64,000 bases of DNA from an uncultured Acidobacteriota bacterium (lineage in GTDB: Bacteria; Acidobacteriota; UBA6911): contig CAWHCF010000026.1 in the NCBI GenBank assembly GCA_963827655.1, positions 1 to 64,000 of the forward strand, given 5' to 3'. A program made the position numbers and the translations under genes. The number at the start of each line of letters is the position of its first letter. The first letter of the stretch is position 1. The notes beneath the pieces are model-generated. The model saw only the letters and a list, made by a program, of their open reading frames with translations, had not been told where the DNA came from and ran no database searches. This document shows positions 30,165 through 41,767 of this stretch, in pieces.

Positions 30165-33100
30165 ATGAAACAAACCTTTATAGCTCTGATGCTGATGCTG
30201 GTCTTTCTGGCCGCGATGGGTTCGGCCTTGGCGCAGGATGCCGCTATCCAGGGAGTCGTCACGGATCCGTCGGGCGCTTTTGTGCCTGATGTGGCCATCA
30301 CCGTGACCAACATAGCTACCGGTGTCGTGAGTGCGGTCAAGACCAATGAGCAAGGCTTCTACTCGGTTCCTTTTCTGATGCCTGTGAGGTACAAGGTCGA
30401 GGCGATTCAAGCCGGCTTCGCTCCCCAGACTCGAGAGCTGAAGGTCGACGTGAACCAGACCGCCCGCGTCGACTTTACCCTGCGTCTCGGCGCCGTCGCC
30501 GAAAGCATCGAGGTGACGGCGGCGGCCGCGCTGCTCGAATCCGAGAACACCAGCGTCGGCCAGGTAATCGAGAACAAGCGCATCGTGGAGATGCCGCTGA
30601 ATCTGCGCAATTATCTCGAACTGGCACAGCTCTCGCTGGGGGTACAGCCGGCGCGTTCGCAGGGCTACGGCGCCCGAACCGGAGGCGAGGACGGCACCGA
30701 AGGCGGATTCATCGCCGTGGGGACAGCATGCTTACCAGACCAACGTTCTGCTCGACGGGGTCGACAACAGCTCACGCGCCTCAGGCGGGCCTCTCGGTTT
30801 TCAGGCTCAGGCTGTGAAGCCGGCGGTGGACTCGGTCGGCGAGTTCAAAGTCGTGGTCAGCAACAACTCGGCCGAATACGGATACCGTATGGGGGGCAAG
30901 GTCCTGGTCTCCACCAAGTCGGGCACCAATGATTTCCATGGCTCGGTTTACCATTTCCTGCGCAACGACAAGTTCGACGGCACGAACTTCTTCGCCAATC
31001 GTTCCGGGTCGACCAAGCCCACCCTGCGCCAGAACCAGTTCGGGGTCACCTTCGGCGGTCCGATCATCCGTAACAACACGTTCTTTTTCTTCAGCTATCA
31101 GGGTACCCGCATCCGAAGGGGAAAAAGCTTTCTCTCGACCGTTCCGGGTCCCCTGGCGCGATCCGGAGACTTCTCGCAGGAGGGTGTGAATAGAGACCGG
31201 ATTTACGATCCTCTCACCACAACGGGTACCGGAGCCGCGGCCATCCGCACCCAGTTCCCGAATAACGTCATTCCGTCCAGCCGCTGGGATCCGGTCTCCG
31301 CCGCAATCATAGCCAACTATCCCTTGCCTAACATTGCGGGAAGAGAGAACCTCCCGAATAACTTATTTCTTCTCTCCCAGCGACATCGACGACGGGGACC
31401 AGACCGACATTCGCGTGGACCATAACTTCACCGACAAGGACCGGGCGTTCTTCCGCTGGAGCATTCGCAGGGATTTCAAGCTGCAAAACGGCCCGCTGCC
31501 GATTTCGGCCAACGGCGGCGGTCTGGGCCAGACCGTGGACCTGCCCGCCGACAACCTCGCAGCCAGCTGGACCCGCACTTTCAGCGCGACCCTGTTCAAT
31601 GAGTTACGGTTTGGATACACACATTACCCGACCCGGTTCGACATTTTGATACCGGAGAACCTGAACGCCAAGTATGGCATCAAGGGCGCTCCGGGGGATA
31701 CCTTCAACGACGGGCTGGACCACGGGATGGCCCGGTTTACGCCTGCCGGATACAACGAGATCGGTTCCCGCAGCTTCTGGCCCAACGCGAATTACATGGA
31801 CAACTATCAGATCAATGACAACCTGTTGATCCAGAGAGGCAGGCACTCGCTGAAGACCGGAGTGGAGTTCCGGCGCCTGGACATTTTCCGTGAGGCGCAG
31901 CGCTTCCGGCGAGGCCAATTCGCGTTCAGCAAGGTGTATACGTCCGAGAGACCCAACGACGCCGCCAGCCGGACCGCGACCGGCAACGGCCTGGCCGACA
32001 TGCTGCTGGGATGGTCCAGCCAAACTACAGTCGGGAATCAACTCAGCGAAGACGCCATCGCGCCCTATTGGGGCCTTTACTTTCTCGACGACTGGAAGAT
32101 CAATTCGAGATTGACCATGAATGCCGGCGTGCGCTGGGAGCTGTTTCAGACGCCATACTTTCCGGACGGTGTCCCTGTGGGGCCGCTCGGAGTCAGCCGG
32201 TTCATCACCGAGTTCAACGGCGTGGGACCGGGCAATCCGCGCTATGAGACGTTCGAGCGCCCCAAGGATGGCCGCGACTGCGGCTGCAAGGAGGACTTGA
32301 ACAACTTCGCGCCGCGTTTGGGCCTCGCCTACAAGCTCACCAATTCGACGGTCATCCGGACCGGCTTCGGCATCTTCTACGGCGAGGCCGACTACCTCAC
32401 CAGTGAAACCGCGCGCTGGATCAATCAGACCCCGGACTTCACCGAGGTTATCGTCACCGGCACCAACGTCGCGCAGGCCGCCTTCGTCACAGGATGGCTT
32501 CGCGCCGGTAGTGCTTCCTGCGACGGCGCCGGTGCCGGGCACCAACATCGAAGCCTCCTCCGACGAATTGCCCAACCAGTACTCCTCGCAATGGTTCCTG
32601 GACGTGCAGCAGGAACTGCCGGGAGATATTCTGCTTGTGGTCGGCTACCAGGGTTCCAAGTCCACGCACCTTTTCCACTCGCGAAACATCAACAATGGCG
32701 GGCCTCACCCCACGATCCCGGCATCTCAGCGCCGCGTGCGTCCGACCTGGAACGCCGTGAACCTCAGGGAAGCCGGCTCAAACGCCAATTACAACGCGAT
32801 GGTGGCCAAGGTCGAAAAACGATTCTCGAAGGGGCTGACGTTCATCACGTCCTATACCTGGTCGCACAGCATCGACCAGGGAAACGAATCCCTCGACGAA
32901 AACCTTTCGGGAAGGGCTAACCAGTACAACCTGTCGGCCGAGCGGGGCAATTCCAGTCTCGACCGCCGTCACAACTTCATCAGTAGTCTTACCTACGAAC
33001 TGCCGTTCGGGCGTGGCAAGCCATTCGGGAGCGCCTGGAACGGAGCGCTCGACGCCGTCCTGGGTGGCTGGCAGATGGGCGGCATCATCAGCCTTCGCAC

Positions 33101-33497
33101 CGGCTTCCCCTTTGACGTGACTTACCCCGGCGATCCTCAGAACAGCGGGACTACAAATCGCGGCAACCGGATCGCCAGCGGCAAGCTTGACAACCCGACC
33201 ATCGATCAGTGGTTTGACCAGTTCGCCTTTGTCCAGAGCGCGCCGGGAGTCTACGGCAACACCGGCCGCAATGTCCTTTACGGACCCGGATTCAACAACC
33301 TCGACTTCATCCTGGCCAAACGGTTCATCATGCCCTGGAAAGAACACCAGCTGCAGTTCCGGTTCGAGGCGTTCAACTTCACGAACACGCCGCACTTCAA
33401 TCAGCCGGTACGCTGGCCTCCGGGCCCCAACACCGCAACCATCAATGCGGCCGACGAGCCGCGGCGCATCCAGTTCGCGCTGAAATACAACTTCTAG
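30165..33497 (+). CDS. TonB-dependent receptor (carboxypeptidase-regulatory N-domain, Oar-like); at least three frameshifts
   Basis: Pieces 30165..30932, 30814..31425, 31334..32920 and 32403..33497. Motifs MPLNLRNY, TKSGTN, FAPRLG and terminal IQFALKYNF. Confidence 0.9.
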
Positions 33498-33552
33498 CCG
33501 GCGCCGGAGCGCTTCGCGGCGAAGACGCGAACGGCACGGGAGGGAGGCAACC

Positions 33553-34530
33553 ATGACTTACGTCTGTAGCCGGCGGCAATGGCTTGTTTCACTGATCCCC
33601 GCGGTTGCGTGTTCGCGCTGGGCTCTCGCGGCAGCGGGTCAGAAACCGATGCGCGGCGTCTTCATCATCATGGCGACGCCTTACACGGCCGCGAAAGAAG
33701 TCGACTACGAAGATCTCGCGCGCGAGGTCGACTTCCTCGACCGGTGCCAGGTCCACGGGATGGTCTGGCCGCAACTGGCGAGCGAGTATTCGCGGCTGAC
33801 CAAGGAAGAACGGCTCCAGGGCATGAAAGTCCTGGGGCGTGCGGCAGCGGGAAAAAAGCCGGCGCTGGTGCTTGGAGTGCAGGGTCGCAACACGGCCGAG
33901 GCGCTCGAGTATCTCCAGTGCGCGGAGGAGGCGGCGCCCGACGCCGTCATTGCCATTCCGCCTACCGAGGCCAAGTCGCTGGATGATTTTCGTGAGTACT
34001 ACACGACCCTGGCACGCAAGACGAAACGGCCCTTCTTTGTCCAGACCACCGGAGGGGCCCCGAAGATCGAGCCCACGGTGGAGTTTCTGGTCGAGCTGGC
34101 CCGCGAATTTCCGCATTGCGGCTACGTGAAGGAGGAATTCAGTCCGGTGATCGATCGAATGAAGGCGCTGGCTACCCATCGCCCGACGATAAAAGGAGTC
34201 TTCAGCGGGCAGGCCGGGCGGGGCATGATGTATGAAATGCGCCTCGGATTTGACGGCACCATGCCGGGCGCTCCTTACGCGGACATGTACTCTCAGATCT
34301 GGAACTCTTACCAGGCAGGCAAGGAGGAAAAAGCGCGCGAGTTGTTCAGCCGGCTGCTCCTGATGATAAACCTGGAGCAGCAAATCCCGGGCACGCGCCA
34401 GTACGTGATGCACAAGCGCGGCGTCTTCAAGACGACAATGTCGCGCCAGCAAGAGTTCCACTGGACACCCGAAGCCAAAAAGGAAATCGACTCCACGTGG
34501 GCGGCGCTCAAGCCGCATCTGATCGATTGA
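33553..34530 (+). CDS. Dihydrodipicolinate synthase-family lyase/aldolase (Tat-like signal)
   Basis: GVFIIMATPY, SEY..LT.EER, and Schiff-base Lys in GYVKEE. Confidence 0.85.
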   Translation: MTYVCSRRQWLVSLIPAVACSRWALAAAGQKPMRGVFIIMATPYTAAKEVDYEDLAREVDFLDRCQVHGMVWPQLASEYSRLTKEERLQGMKVLGRAAAGKKPALVLGVQGRNTAEALEYLQCAEEAAPDAVIAIPPTEAKSLDDFREYYTTLARKTKRPFFVQTTGGAPKIEPTVEFLVELAREFPHCGYVKEEFSPVIDRMKALATHRPTIKGVFSGQAGRGMMYEMRLGFDGTMPGAPYADMYSQIWNSYQAGKEEKARELFSRLLLMINLEQQIPGTRQYVMHKRGVFKTTMSRQQEFHWTPEAKKEIDSTWAALKPHLID

Positions 34531-34558
34531 CGATTGACGATTGACGATTGACGATTGA
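34524..34558. repeat. Heptamer tandem repeat (CGATTGA)x5
   Basis: Five perfect copies. The first contains the stop codon of the upstream gene. Confidence 0.92.
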
Positions 34559-34583
34559 AAAATACGAGGTCCGCAGTACAGAA

Positions 34584-34627
34584 TTCTTCGTGTTTCTTCG
34601 TGTCTTCGCGTCTTGGTGGTATTTGTT
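34584..34627. repeat. Intergenic repeat family copy
   Basis: TTCTTCGTGTTTCTTCGTGTCTTCGCGTCTTGGTGGTATTTGTT. Confidence 0.85.
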
Positions 34628-34741
34628 CCGCGACGCTAACCCCAAACAAAGACGCGGAGCAGCTGGAACCCGAGGCGATGGAAAAGGCTAAAAGTGAGGA
34701 TGCCCAGGTCGAGTAGGGAGATTCGAGATTCAAAGGAGAAT

Positions 34742-36924
34742 ATGAAACGAGGTCTTATCATGAAATTCATTCGAAACGCTGCGGTCGCGGCTGCGGTGGC
34801 TTGTTTCGCGGCGCAGGCGCAGGGTCAGAAGCTCTCTTATCCTGAGGCTAGAAAGGGCGACGTGGTAGACGACTATCACGGCACGAAGATAGCCGATCCG
34901 TATCGGTGGATGGAGGACATCGACGCCAAGGAAGTTACCGAGTGGGTGGAGATTCAGAACAAGCTGACGTCAGGCTACGTCGAGCGCCTGCCCCTCCGCG
35001 AGCACTTCCGGAAGCGTATCACCGAGTTGTGGAACTATCCGAAGACCGGCCTTCCGTTGCGCGAGGCCGGCCGCCTCTTCTACTCGAAGAACAGCGGCCT
35101 GCAGCGGCAGTCGCCCGTTTACATGCGCGAGAATCTTGACGCCGAACCGAGGCTGGTGATCGATCCCAATGCGCTCTCGCCCGACGGATCCGTGTCGCTC
35201 GGGCAGTACGCGCCGTCACCGGACGGGAGCCTGATCGCCTACACGCTCTCCCAGGGTGGAGCGGACTGGCGCAGCGTGCATGTCCGCGAGATCGCCAGCG
35301 GCCGCGACCTGACCGACAAGGTCGAGTGGATGAGGTTCTCCGGCCTGTCGTGGACCAAGGACGGTAAGGGCTTCTTTTACTCGCGCTACCCGCGAGCCGC
35401 CCAAAGGACAGGTGCTCGAAGCTGCTCTGAAGGACCATGCGCTGTACTACCACCGCGTCGGGACCCCGCAGTCCGAGGATCGCCTGATTTACCAACGCAA
35501 GGATCTGCCGGCCTGGGTGGTCGGAGGCGGCGTGACCGAGGATGGACGTTACCTGCTCGTGTTCATCTCGAAGGGTTCTGACAATAACAACCGGCTTTTC
35601 TATGCGGACCTCGGCGATCCGAAGCAGCCGAATGTGGCGGCCGCGATCAAGCCGGTGGTCGAGACCGATGACGCGGAGTATTCGCCCATCGGTAACCGGG
35701 GCTCAGTGATCTACCTCAGGACCGACCGCGGACGCCCCGAACCGGAAGGTTGTCGCGATCGATCTTCAGAAGCCGGCGCCATCGGACTGGAAGACGATCG
35801 TGCCCGAGCGCAAGGAGGCGATCGAAGGCGCGGCACTCATCGGCGGGCGCGTCGTGGTGCAATACCTGGTGGACGTGCAGAGCCGGCTGGCGCTGTTCGG
35901 CCTGGACGGTCAGTTCGCAGGGTGAAATCGCGCTCCCCGCTGCCGGCACGGTGGCCCGCTTTCGTGGGGCGCGAGGACGCGCCCGAGATCTTCTACACAT
36001 TCAGCTCGCCGATCTATCCCACCACCGTGTTCCGGTACGACCCGGAAACGAAGCAGAGTACGGCCTTCGAGGCGGCGAAGCCTCCGGTCGATATCAGCCG
36101 GTACGAGACCAAGGCGCTGTTCGCCAAATCGAAGGACGGCACGCGCGTGCCGTTTTTCCTCACGGCACGAAAGGGCCTTCCGCGACGACGGCGCGAACCC
36201 GACGATGCTCTACGGATACGGTGGGTTTTCCGTCAGCACGCTGCCGGGTTATCGGACCGATATCCCCGCGTGGCTCGAGATGGGCGGCATCTGGGTGACG
36301 GCGAACATGCGCGGCGGGGCCGAATACGGCGAAGCGTGGCATAAGGCCGGCATGCTCGAGAAGAAGCAGAACGTGTTTGATGATTTTATCGCCGTCGCCG
36401 AACATCTCGTGAAAGAGAAGTACACGTCGCCGGCGCAACTCGGGATAACGGGCGCCTCGAACGGTGGGCTTCTGGTTGGCGCGGTCATGGAGCAGCGGCC
36501 CTGAACTCTTCGCGGTCGCGCTGCCGGCGGTGGGTGTGATGGACATGCTGCGATACGACAAGTTCACCGGAGGACATTTTTGGGCGACCGAGTACGGCTC
36601 ATCCAGCGATCCCGAGCAGTTCAAGCACCTGATCAAGTACTCGCCGCTGCACAACATCAAGCCGGGCGTCTGCTACCCGGCGACTCTGGTGACGACTGCG
36701 GATCACGACGATCGCGTGGTACCCGAGCCATTCGTACAAGTTCACGGCCGCCCTGCAGGTCGCGCAAGGGCTGCGACAAACCGGCACTGATCCGAGTCGA
36801 AACCAAAGGCTCTCACGGCTATCGTCCGACCGACAAACGGATCGCCGAGCTGGCCGATCAGTGGGCATTCGCCGCCGCGCAGATGGGGATGGCCAGACTC
36901 GAGACGTCGACGGCTGAAAAGTGA
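34742..36924 (+). CDS. Prolyl oligopeptidase (S9A), secreted; multiple frameshifts
   Basis: [22 protein letters not shown] (Ser), DHDDRVVP (Asp) and GSHG (His), spread over several frames. Confidence 0.9.
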
Positions 36925-36981
36925 GCGCTTGACTTGCGCCTCGTATTACCACGTCGTAATTTTTTGCTTTTTTTGGCAGCA

Positions 36982-37057
36982 TTCTTGGTGTTTCTTTGTA
37001 TCTTTGAGTCTTGGTGGTATTAGTTATACAGTACTAACCCACGAAGACACGAAGAAG
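36982..37057. repeat. Intergenic repeat family, inverted pair
   Basis: TTCTTGGTGTTTCTTTGTATCTTTGAGTCTTGGTGGTATTAGTT followed by AACCCACGAAGACACGAAGAAG. Confidence 0.8.
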
Positions 37058-37098
37058 CCGCTGCTCATTGCTCGAGGTTAAGCTAGAGAGGTATTCCG

Positions 37099-38520
37099 AT
37101 GAGAAGAGCCATGATCTCGATAGTCGCGGTTCTGCAACTGGCGCTGCTGGCGGCAGCCGATTGGCCGCAGTTTCGCGGGCCGAATGCCACCGGTGTTTCC
37201 GAGGAAATAAACCTTCCGGTAGAATTCGGGTCTGACCGGAACGTCGTCTGGAAAACGCCGGTTCCACTGGGCAACTCGTCTCCCGCGATCGCCGGAAACA
37301 GGATTTTTCTCACCGCATTCGAGAAGGAGGCGCTGTTGACCATCGCCCTGGATCGAGCTACCGGGCGAATCCTTTGGCGGCGCGAAGCGCCCAGGCCGCG
37401 CAAGCAGGAAATCGAGCGCCCGGCGAACGGCCCGGTATCGGCCTCACCTGTTACCGACGGCCAGAATGCCTGGGTATTTTTCCAGGATTTCGGTCTTCTC
37501 GCCTACGGACCCGACGGCAAGGAACTCTGGCGCATGCCTCTGGGACCGTTCAACAACCCCTTCGGCCATGGCGCTTCCCCGATCCTGTCCGGCGACACCC
37601 TTTTCATGGTTTGCGATCAGGATGTCGGCTCGTTCCTGCTCGCCATCGACAAGATGAGCGGCCGTGTTTTGTGGCGCGCGGAACGGCCTCACGCCCAGCG
37701 TGGCTACGCGACGCCAGTTCTCTACCAGCCTTCCAACGGAAAACTGCAGGTGATCGTGGCAGGATCTTACCGTCTTTCCGGCTACGATGCTGCGACCGGC
37801 AAGGAACTCTGGTGGATCCGGCGCCTTCCCTGGCAAGTAAAACCGACCCCCGTGGTGGCCGGTGATGTGGTCTATTTCACGACCTATTCCGGTGAATCGG
37901 ATCCCGGCGAGCAGGAGAACGTGCCCCCGTTCGAAGAGGCGGTCGCCAGGCTCGACGCTAACAAGGACGGCAAGCTTTCCAAGGACGAGATCGTCGATCC
38001 CAAAGTCAAAGCCCGGTTTGAGGAATACCTCGACCTCGACGACACCGGTTTTCTGGAAGAACGCGACTGGAAGCAATTCCAAGAGCGTCGTCTGGGAGAG
38101 AACTCGCTTCGCGCTTACAAGCTCGGAGGTGACGGTGACTTGACCGAGCGCAATTTTCTCTGGAAGAACTCCAAGTCGTTACCCAATGTTCCCTCTCCGC
38201 TCTTCTACCGTGGCGTGTTGTACACGTTGAAGGAGGGCGGCATTCTCACTTCCTATGACCCGAAGACCGGGGAAATCGGCAAACAGGCGCGCCTCCAGGG
38301 CGCGCTGGGCACTTACTTCTCCTCGCCAGTCGCCGCCGACGGGAAGATCTATGCGGTCAGCGAAGAAGGGAAGGCCGCCGTGATTCGAGCCGGATCACAG
38401 TGGGAGGTGATTCGGGTGAACGAGCTGGGCGACGGGTGCAAAGCCACGCCTGCGATCACCGACGGGAAAATCTACCTGCGCACCGATGACACGCTGTACT
38501 GCTTCGCGATGACTGATTAA
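37099..38520 (+). CDS. PQQ-binding-like (BamB-type) beta-propeller protein with an EF-hand insert
   Basis: DWPQFRGPN, repeated SP...G..LW blades, and EF loops DANKDGKLSKDE and DLDDTGFLEERD. Confidence 0.88.
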   Translation: MRRAMISIVAVLQLALLAAADWPQFRGPNATGVSEEINLPVEFGSDRNVVWKTPVPLGNSSPAIAGNRIFLTAFEKEALLTIALDRATGRILWRREAPRPRKQEIERPANGPVSASPVTDGQNAWVFFQDFGLLAYGPDGKELWRMPLGPFNNPFGHGASPILSGDTLFMVCDQDVGSFLLAIDKMSGRVLWRAERPHAQRGYATPVLYQPSNGKLQVIVAGSYRLSGYDAATGKELWWIRRLPWQVKPTPVVAGDVVYFTTYSGESDPGEQENVPPFEEAVARLDANKDGKLSKDEIVDPKVKARFEEYLDLDDTGFLEERDWKQFQERRLGENSLRAYKLGGDGDLTERNFLWKNSKSLPNVPSPLFYRGVLYTLKEGGILTSYDPKTGEIGKQARLQGALGTYFSSPVAADGKIYAVSEEGKAAVIRAGSQWEVIRVNELGDGCKATPAITDGKIYLRTDDTLYCFAMTD

Positions 38521-38799
38521 GGACGGGCTTCGGCCCGGTTAATGGCAACCGCCCCTGCAGCGCGCACAGTAAGAGTTCTCGGCACCCCCCTTGTAGTAGC
38601 CTGTCATTGATTTTGGATGTGGGCTACGCGTGCGAACTATTTCGCCCGAATCGACATGGCTCGTTCTTCGAGTTTTTCTGCTTCCGATGAGCGTTGTGTC
38701 TTTCGAAGCAGGACGGCATAGTTCTCCAGGACAACGGCCACATCCGAATGATACGGACCTCGTGCCTCCTCGATGATGCTGGTCGAGAATTTTCGCTAA

Positions 38800-39008
38800 G
38801 GGGTCGCGCAGAAATAAGTTCGCATTCTGCCGCAGGCCCCCGGGCCCGCTGGCGAGGCGCGACGATGCGTACCCGGTGCGGTACGTGAGGAGCGAGCAAC
38901 AAAGGCCAACGGACCTGCGGGCCGCAGCCCGAAGCGGCGCGATCATCAGTGTGCTTGATTGACCACCGAATCTCGCGCCGGAATGTGAAGTTATTTCTGC
39001 CCGAGCCC
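38800..39008. mobile_element. 209-bp MITE with 28-bp terminal inverted repeats and a TAA target duplication
   Basis: Left end GGGGTCGCGCAGAAATAAGTTCGCATTC versus reverse-complemented right end GGGCTCGGGCAGAAATAACTTCACATTC (4 mismatches). TAA at 38797-38799 and 39009-39011. Confidence 0.8.
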
Positions 39009-39073
39009 TAAGTTCAGCCAACCATTCATCGTTCAAAGTTGAAATTGGGAAAAGAGTAGCCTGTCACCGATTT

Positions 39074-39746
39074 TTAGAATCGAATGACGATTCCGGCAGA
39101 GAGCTCCGCCTGTTGCGAGTAATCGGCGTCGCCCACGACCCAGCAGCCCCAGGGATAATAAGGGCTGCACCAGATTCCCTCTGGATCCGATTTGATGTAC
39201 GTAGGAGTCCAGCGGACCCCTGCCTTGACGCCGAAGTTGGGAGTAAAGAAGAACTTCACGCCGCCGCCCCATGTTGTTGAAAACCGAGTCGCACCGTCGA
39301 CTTCGAAGCCGCCAATATCCCCGAAGCCGTAGACAGTGCTACCCAGGCCGCCGAAGAAATAGGGCCGGACCTTGGAATCCCCGCTCCCAAAGTGGTATGT
39401 GAAAGTTCCGTGATAATTGTCAAGATTCAGGTCGCCGAACTCCTGACTCCCTCCTCCCACAAGCTGGCCTAACAATTTGCTGCTCTGGCGGGTCCACTGG
39501 AAACCAACCGCCCAATTCTCCGAGGCCAGATAATTGACGTCAAATCCCCAGGAGGAACCACTCTTGGGATCCAACTGGTCAACGACCTGGCCCCCGCCGA
39601 TGGCAGTGGGCTGGACTCCAATGCCTTCACTGCCGGTTCTTCCTCCGAACACACCGAGTTCGAATTTTTTTGGGTCCTGAGCCATCGCCGCGTTCGCACA
39701 GATCAACAGGCTTAAGCAAAAAACGATTGTCGTGTTTGTGGTTCAT
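39074..39746 (-). CDS. Outer-membrane beta-barrel protein (OmpA/OmpW-like); apparent frameshift in the signal peptide
   Basis: VRPYFFGGLG, alternating strands and a C-terminal Phe. ATG 39746 is out of frame with TTIVFCLSLLICANAAMAQ. Confidence 0.82.
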
Positions 39747-40806
39747 TTTTGTCCTCTTTTGATATGGGTTTTTCTTACAGGCGGTCGAGAAACCTCGACG
39801 CCACGCAGCATAGATACGTGGCTCCTCCGCTGGCATCAGGTAGAGTGTGTATTTCCCGGGGGGATTCCCTCCAGGCGGAGTCACAGGGGATTCTCTCCGG
39901 TTACGGACGTACTGCAGACCGAATTTCTTGCGTGTGGTTTGGGCGATCCCGCCGAGCGGCCCTGCGGCGGCGTCGCGCCTGTCCTGATACAGGTGAAATG
40001 CAAGGAGTCTAAAATCTCTTGAATGGAAGCGAAAACAGACGGCCATGCCGTCCAACCTGTCGGCGAACCGCTTCGGATCAAGCCCCGGCTCACCGTGATT
40101 CGTCCAGATCGGGCACGCGCCTGAAACTGGAACTTTCGGGGAGGGGCACAATATAAAGAGGCAACGGTCATGGAATGTCTTCGGGTTGACTTCGTTTTCG
40201 CCCTTCGGTCTCATCGACACGTCGCTTCTGAGTGCCCGGCGCCGCTACCTGATCCTGGTGGCCGCAGCGGCGCCCATGCGACGTCAAACCTGGTAAGCTT
40301 CCGCTATCGGGTTGGCGGCTATAAGCGGACAATGGCGTGAATCCGTGGCCGAGCAGCCCCTTCGGCAGCGCCGCTGCCCGGCCAGGGATTCATCCTTCAT
40401 GGGGGAACGCTACCCGATGTTCCTCGGTCCAGGATGGGTCCCGACTATGCGGATTACACGGCCTAAGCTTGTGCCCCCTCGGCCGCGAGATGAAAATAGA
40501 CAAACGCCGCCTGGGATAAAATCCATTAGATTTGGTATTTGACCCGAAAAGATTTCGGCCCGAGCGTGGGTCAAACCGGTATCAAGGTTGTGTATCTCCC
40601 CGAAATTGATTAAGTATTTTGCGTGAGCAGCCCGGTGGGTTTTCTGGGGGGTGTTGGTAACTGCCGCGCCAAAAACAACGCCTTTGGCATTCTGTCATAG
40701 CGAGCTTTGCGCCCTTCCTCGATCCGCAAAGTGTCTGCAAGAAGAAGCTACACCTGTTGCGTCAGACCGGCGTCGCGCGTACACTCCTCGCTGCGACGAG
40801 GAAAGC

Positions 40807-41649
40807 ATGGTTCAACTCGGACTTCTTTTGGCCGTGATCTGGACGATATGCGCGCAGGCGCAGCCGGCCCAGACCGCCAAGGACCGGAAGATCCTCGATG
40901 AAATCCGCGCTCATCGCTCGGGAATCGCGGTCTGGTGGCTGGGGCACAATGGATGGTTGATCAAGGCCGGCGATACCCTGATCGGGACCGACCTGGTTCT
41001 GGAGGAGCCGAACCGCCGCGCGCCTCCGCCGATTTCGGCAGCGGAACTGGCGGGCGAGCTGGACGTCTCTTTCGTCACTCACGGACATGGAGATCATTTT
41101 CACCGGAAGACATCTCAAGTCCTTTCCGGGCAAGGCCGCTGTGTGTTCGTGATCCCCAATAGCTGTGTCAAAATCGCCCGCGATCTGGGCATCGATGAAG
41201 CCCGCCTGCGGATAGCGACCCCCAGAGAGCCGTTCGAAATGAAGGGCGTCCGGGTACAGCCGCTGCGGGCCATCCACGGAAACCCGAAGTTCGCGGTGCA
41301 CGCACAGGCCAACCTGGAGGATTGCGGCTATCTGATCACGATCGGCGGCAAGACCTTTCTGCAGCCCGGGGACTCGGTGCTACTGGAAGACCACCTCTTT
41401 CTGAAGCACGTTGACGTACTCTTCTTTTCACCCACCGAGCACAACATGCACATCGACCGCTCGGTGATCCTCATCAACGAGCTGCAACCGGACTACATTC
41501 TGCCCCAGCATCGCGATACGTACGTCGAGACTCCGCAGAACCGCTACTGGACTCACGGCTACGCCCGAGAGGTGCAACTGCTCCTTGCGAAGCCGCTCCA
41601 GGAGAAGTACCGGGTTCTCGAACCGGGCGAGCGTCTGCTGATCCAGTGA
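40807..41649 (+). CDS. MBL-fold metallo-hydrolase (UlaG-like), secreted
   Basis: WWLGHNG, THGHGDH, PGDS and LPQH motifs, with a signal peptide. Confidence 0.87.
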   Translation: MVQLGLLLAVIWTICAQAQPAQTAKDRKILDEIRAHRSGIAVWWLGHNGWLIKAGDTLIGTDLVLEEPNRRAPPPISAAELAGELDVSFVTHGHGDHFHRKTSQVLSGQGRCVFVIPNSCVKIARDLGIDEARLRIATPREPFEMKGVRVQPLRAIHGNPKFAVHAQANLEDCGYLITIGGKTFLQPGDSVLLEDHLFLKHVDVLFFSPTEHNMHIDRSVILINELQPDYILPQHRDTYVETPQNRYWTHGYAREVQLLLAKPLQEKYRVLEPGERLLIQ

Positions 41650-41685
41650 CCGGGATCCAGCCTTGGTGTCGAGCGGGTTACCGGG

Positions 41686-41743
41686 TCTTCGTGTCTTAGT
41701 GGTTAGCGCGTAAAAAACAAAAGCCACCACCAAGACACGAAGA
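41686..41743. repeat. Intergenic repeat family, inverted pair between convergent genes
   Basis: TCTTCGTGTCTTAGTGG and CCACCAAGACACGAAGA form a hairpin. Confidence 0.8.
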
Positions 41744-41767
41744 TGCTAAGCCCCTATTTTGTTCAGC

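Noticed and set aside
34524-34627. Possible CRISPR array from the short repeats here and elsewhere
   Set aside because: The units are tandem or dispersed without unique spacers of regular length, and no cas genes are present.
36495-36510. TGA after MEQRP in the prolyl oligopeptidase as a second recoding site
   Set aside because: The conserved sequence (PELFAVALP) continues in another frame after an extra C. This is an indel, not read-through.
39750-40650. Long intergenic region with 96-197 aa ORFs
   Set aside because: No recognisable motifs, RBS or RNA structure that I can support.
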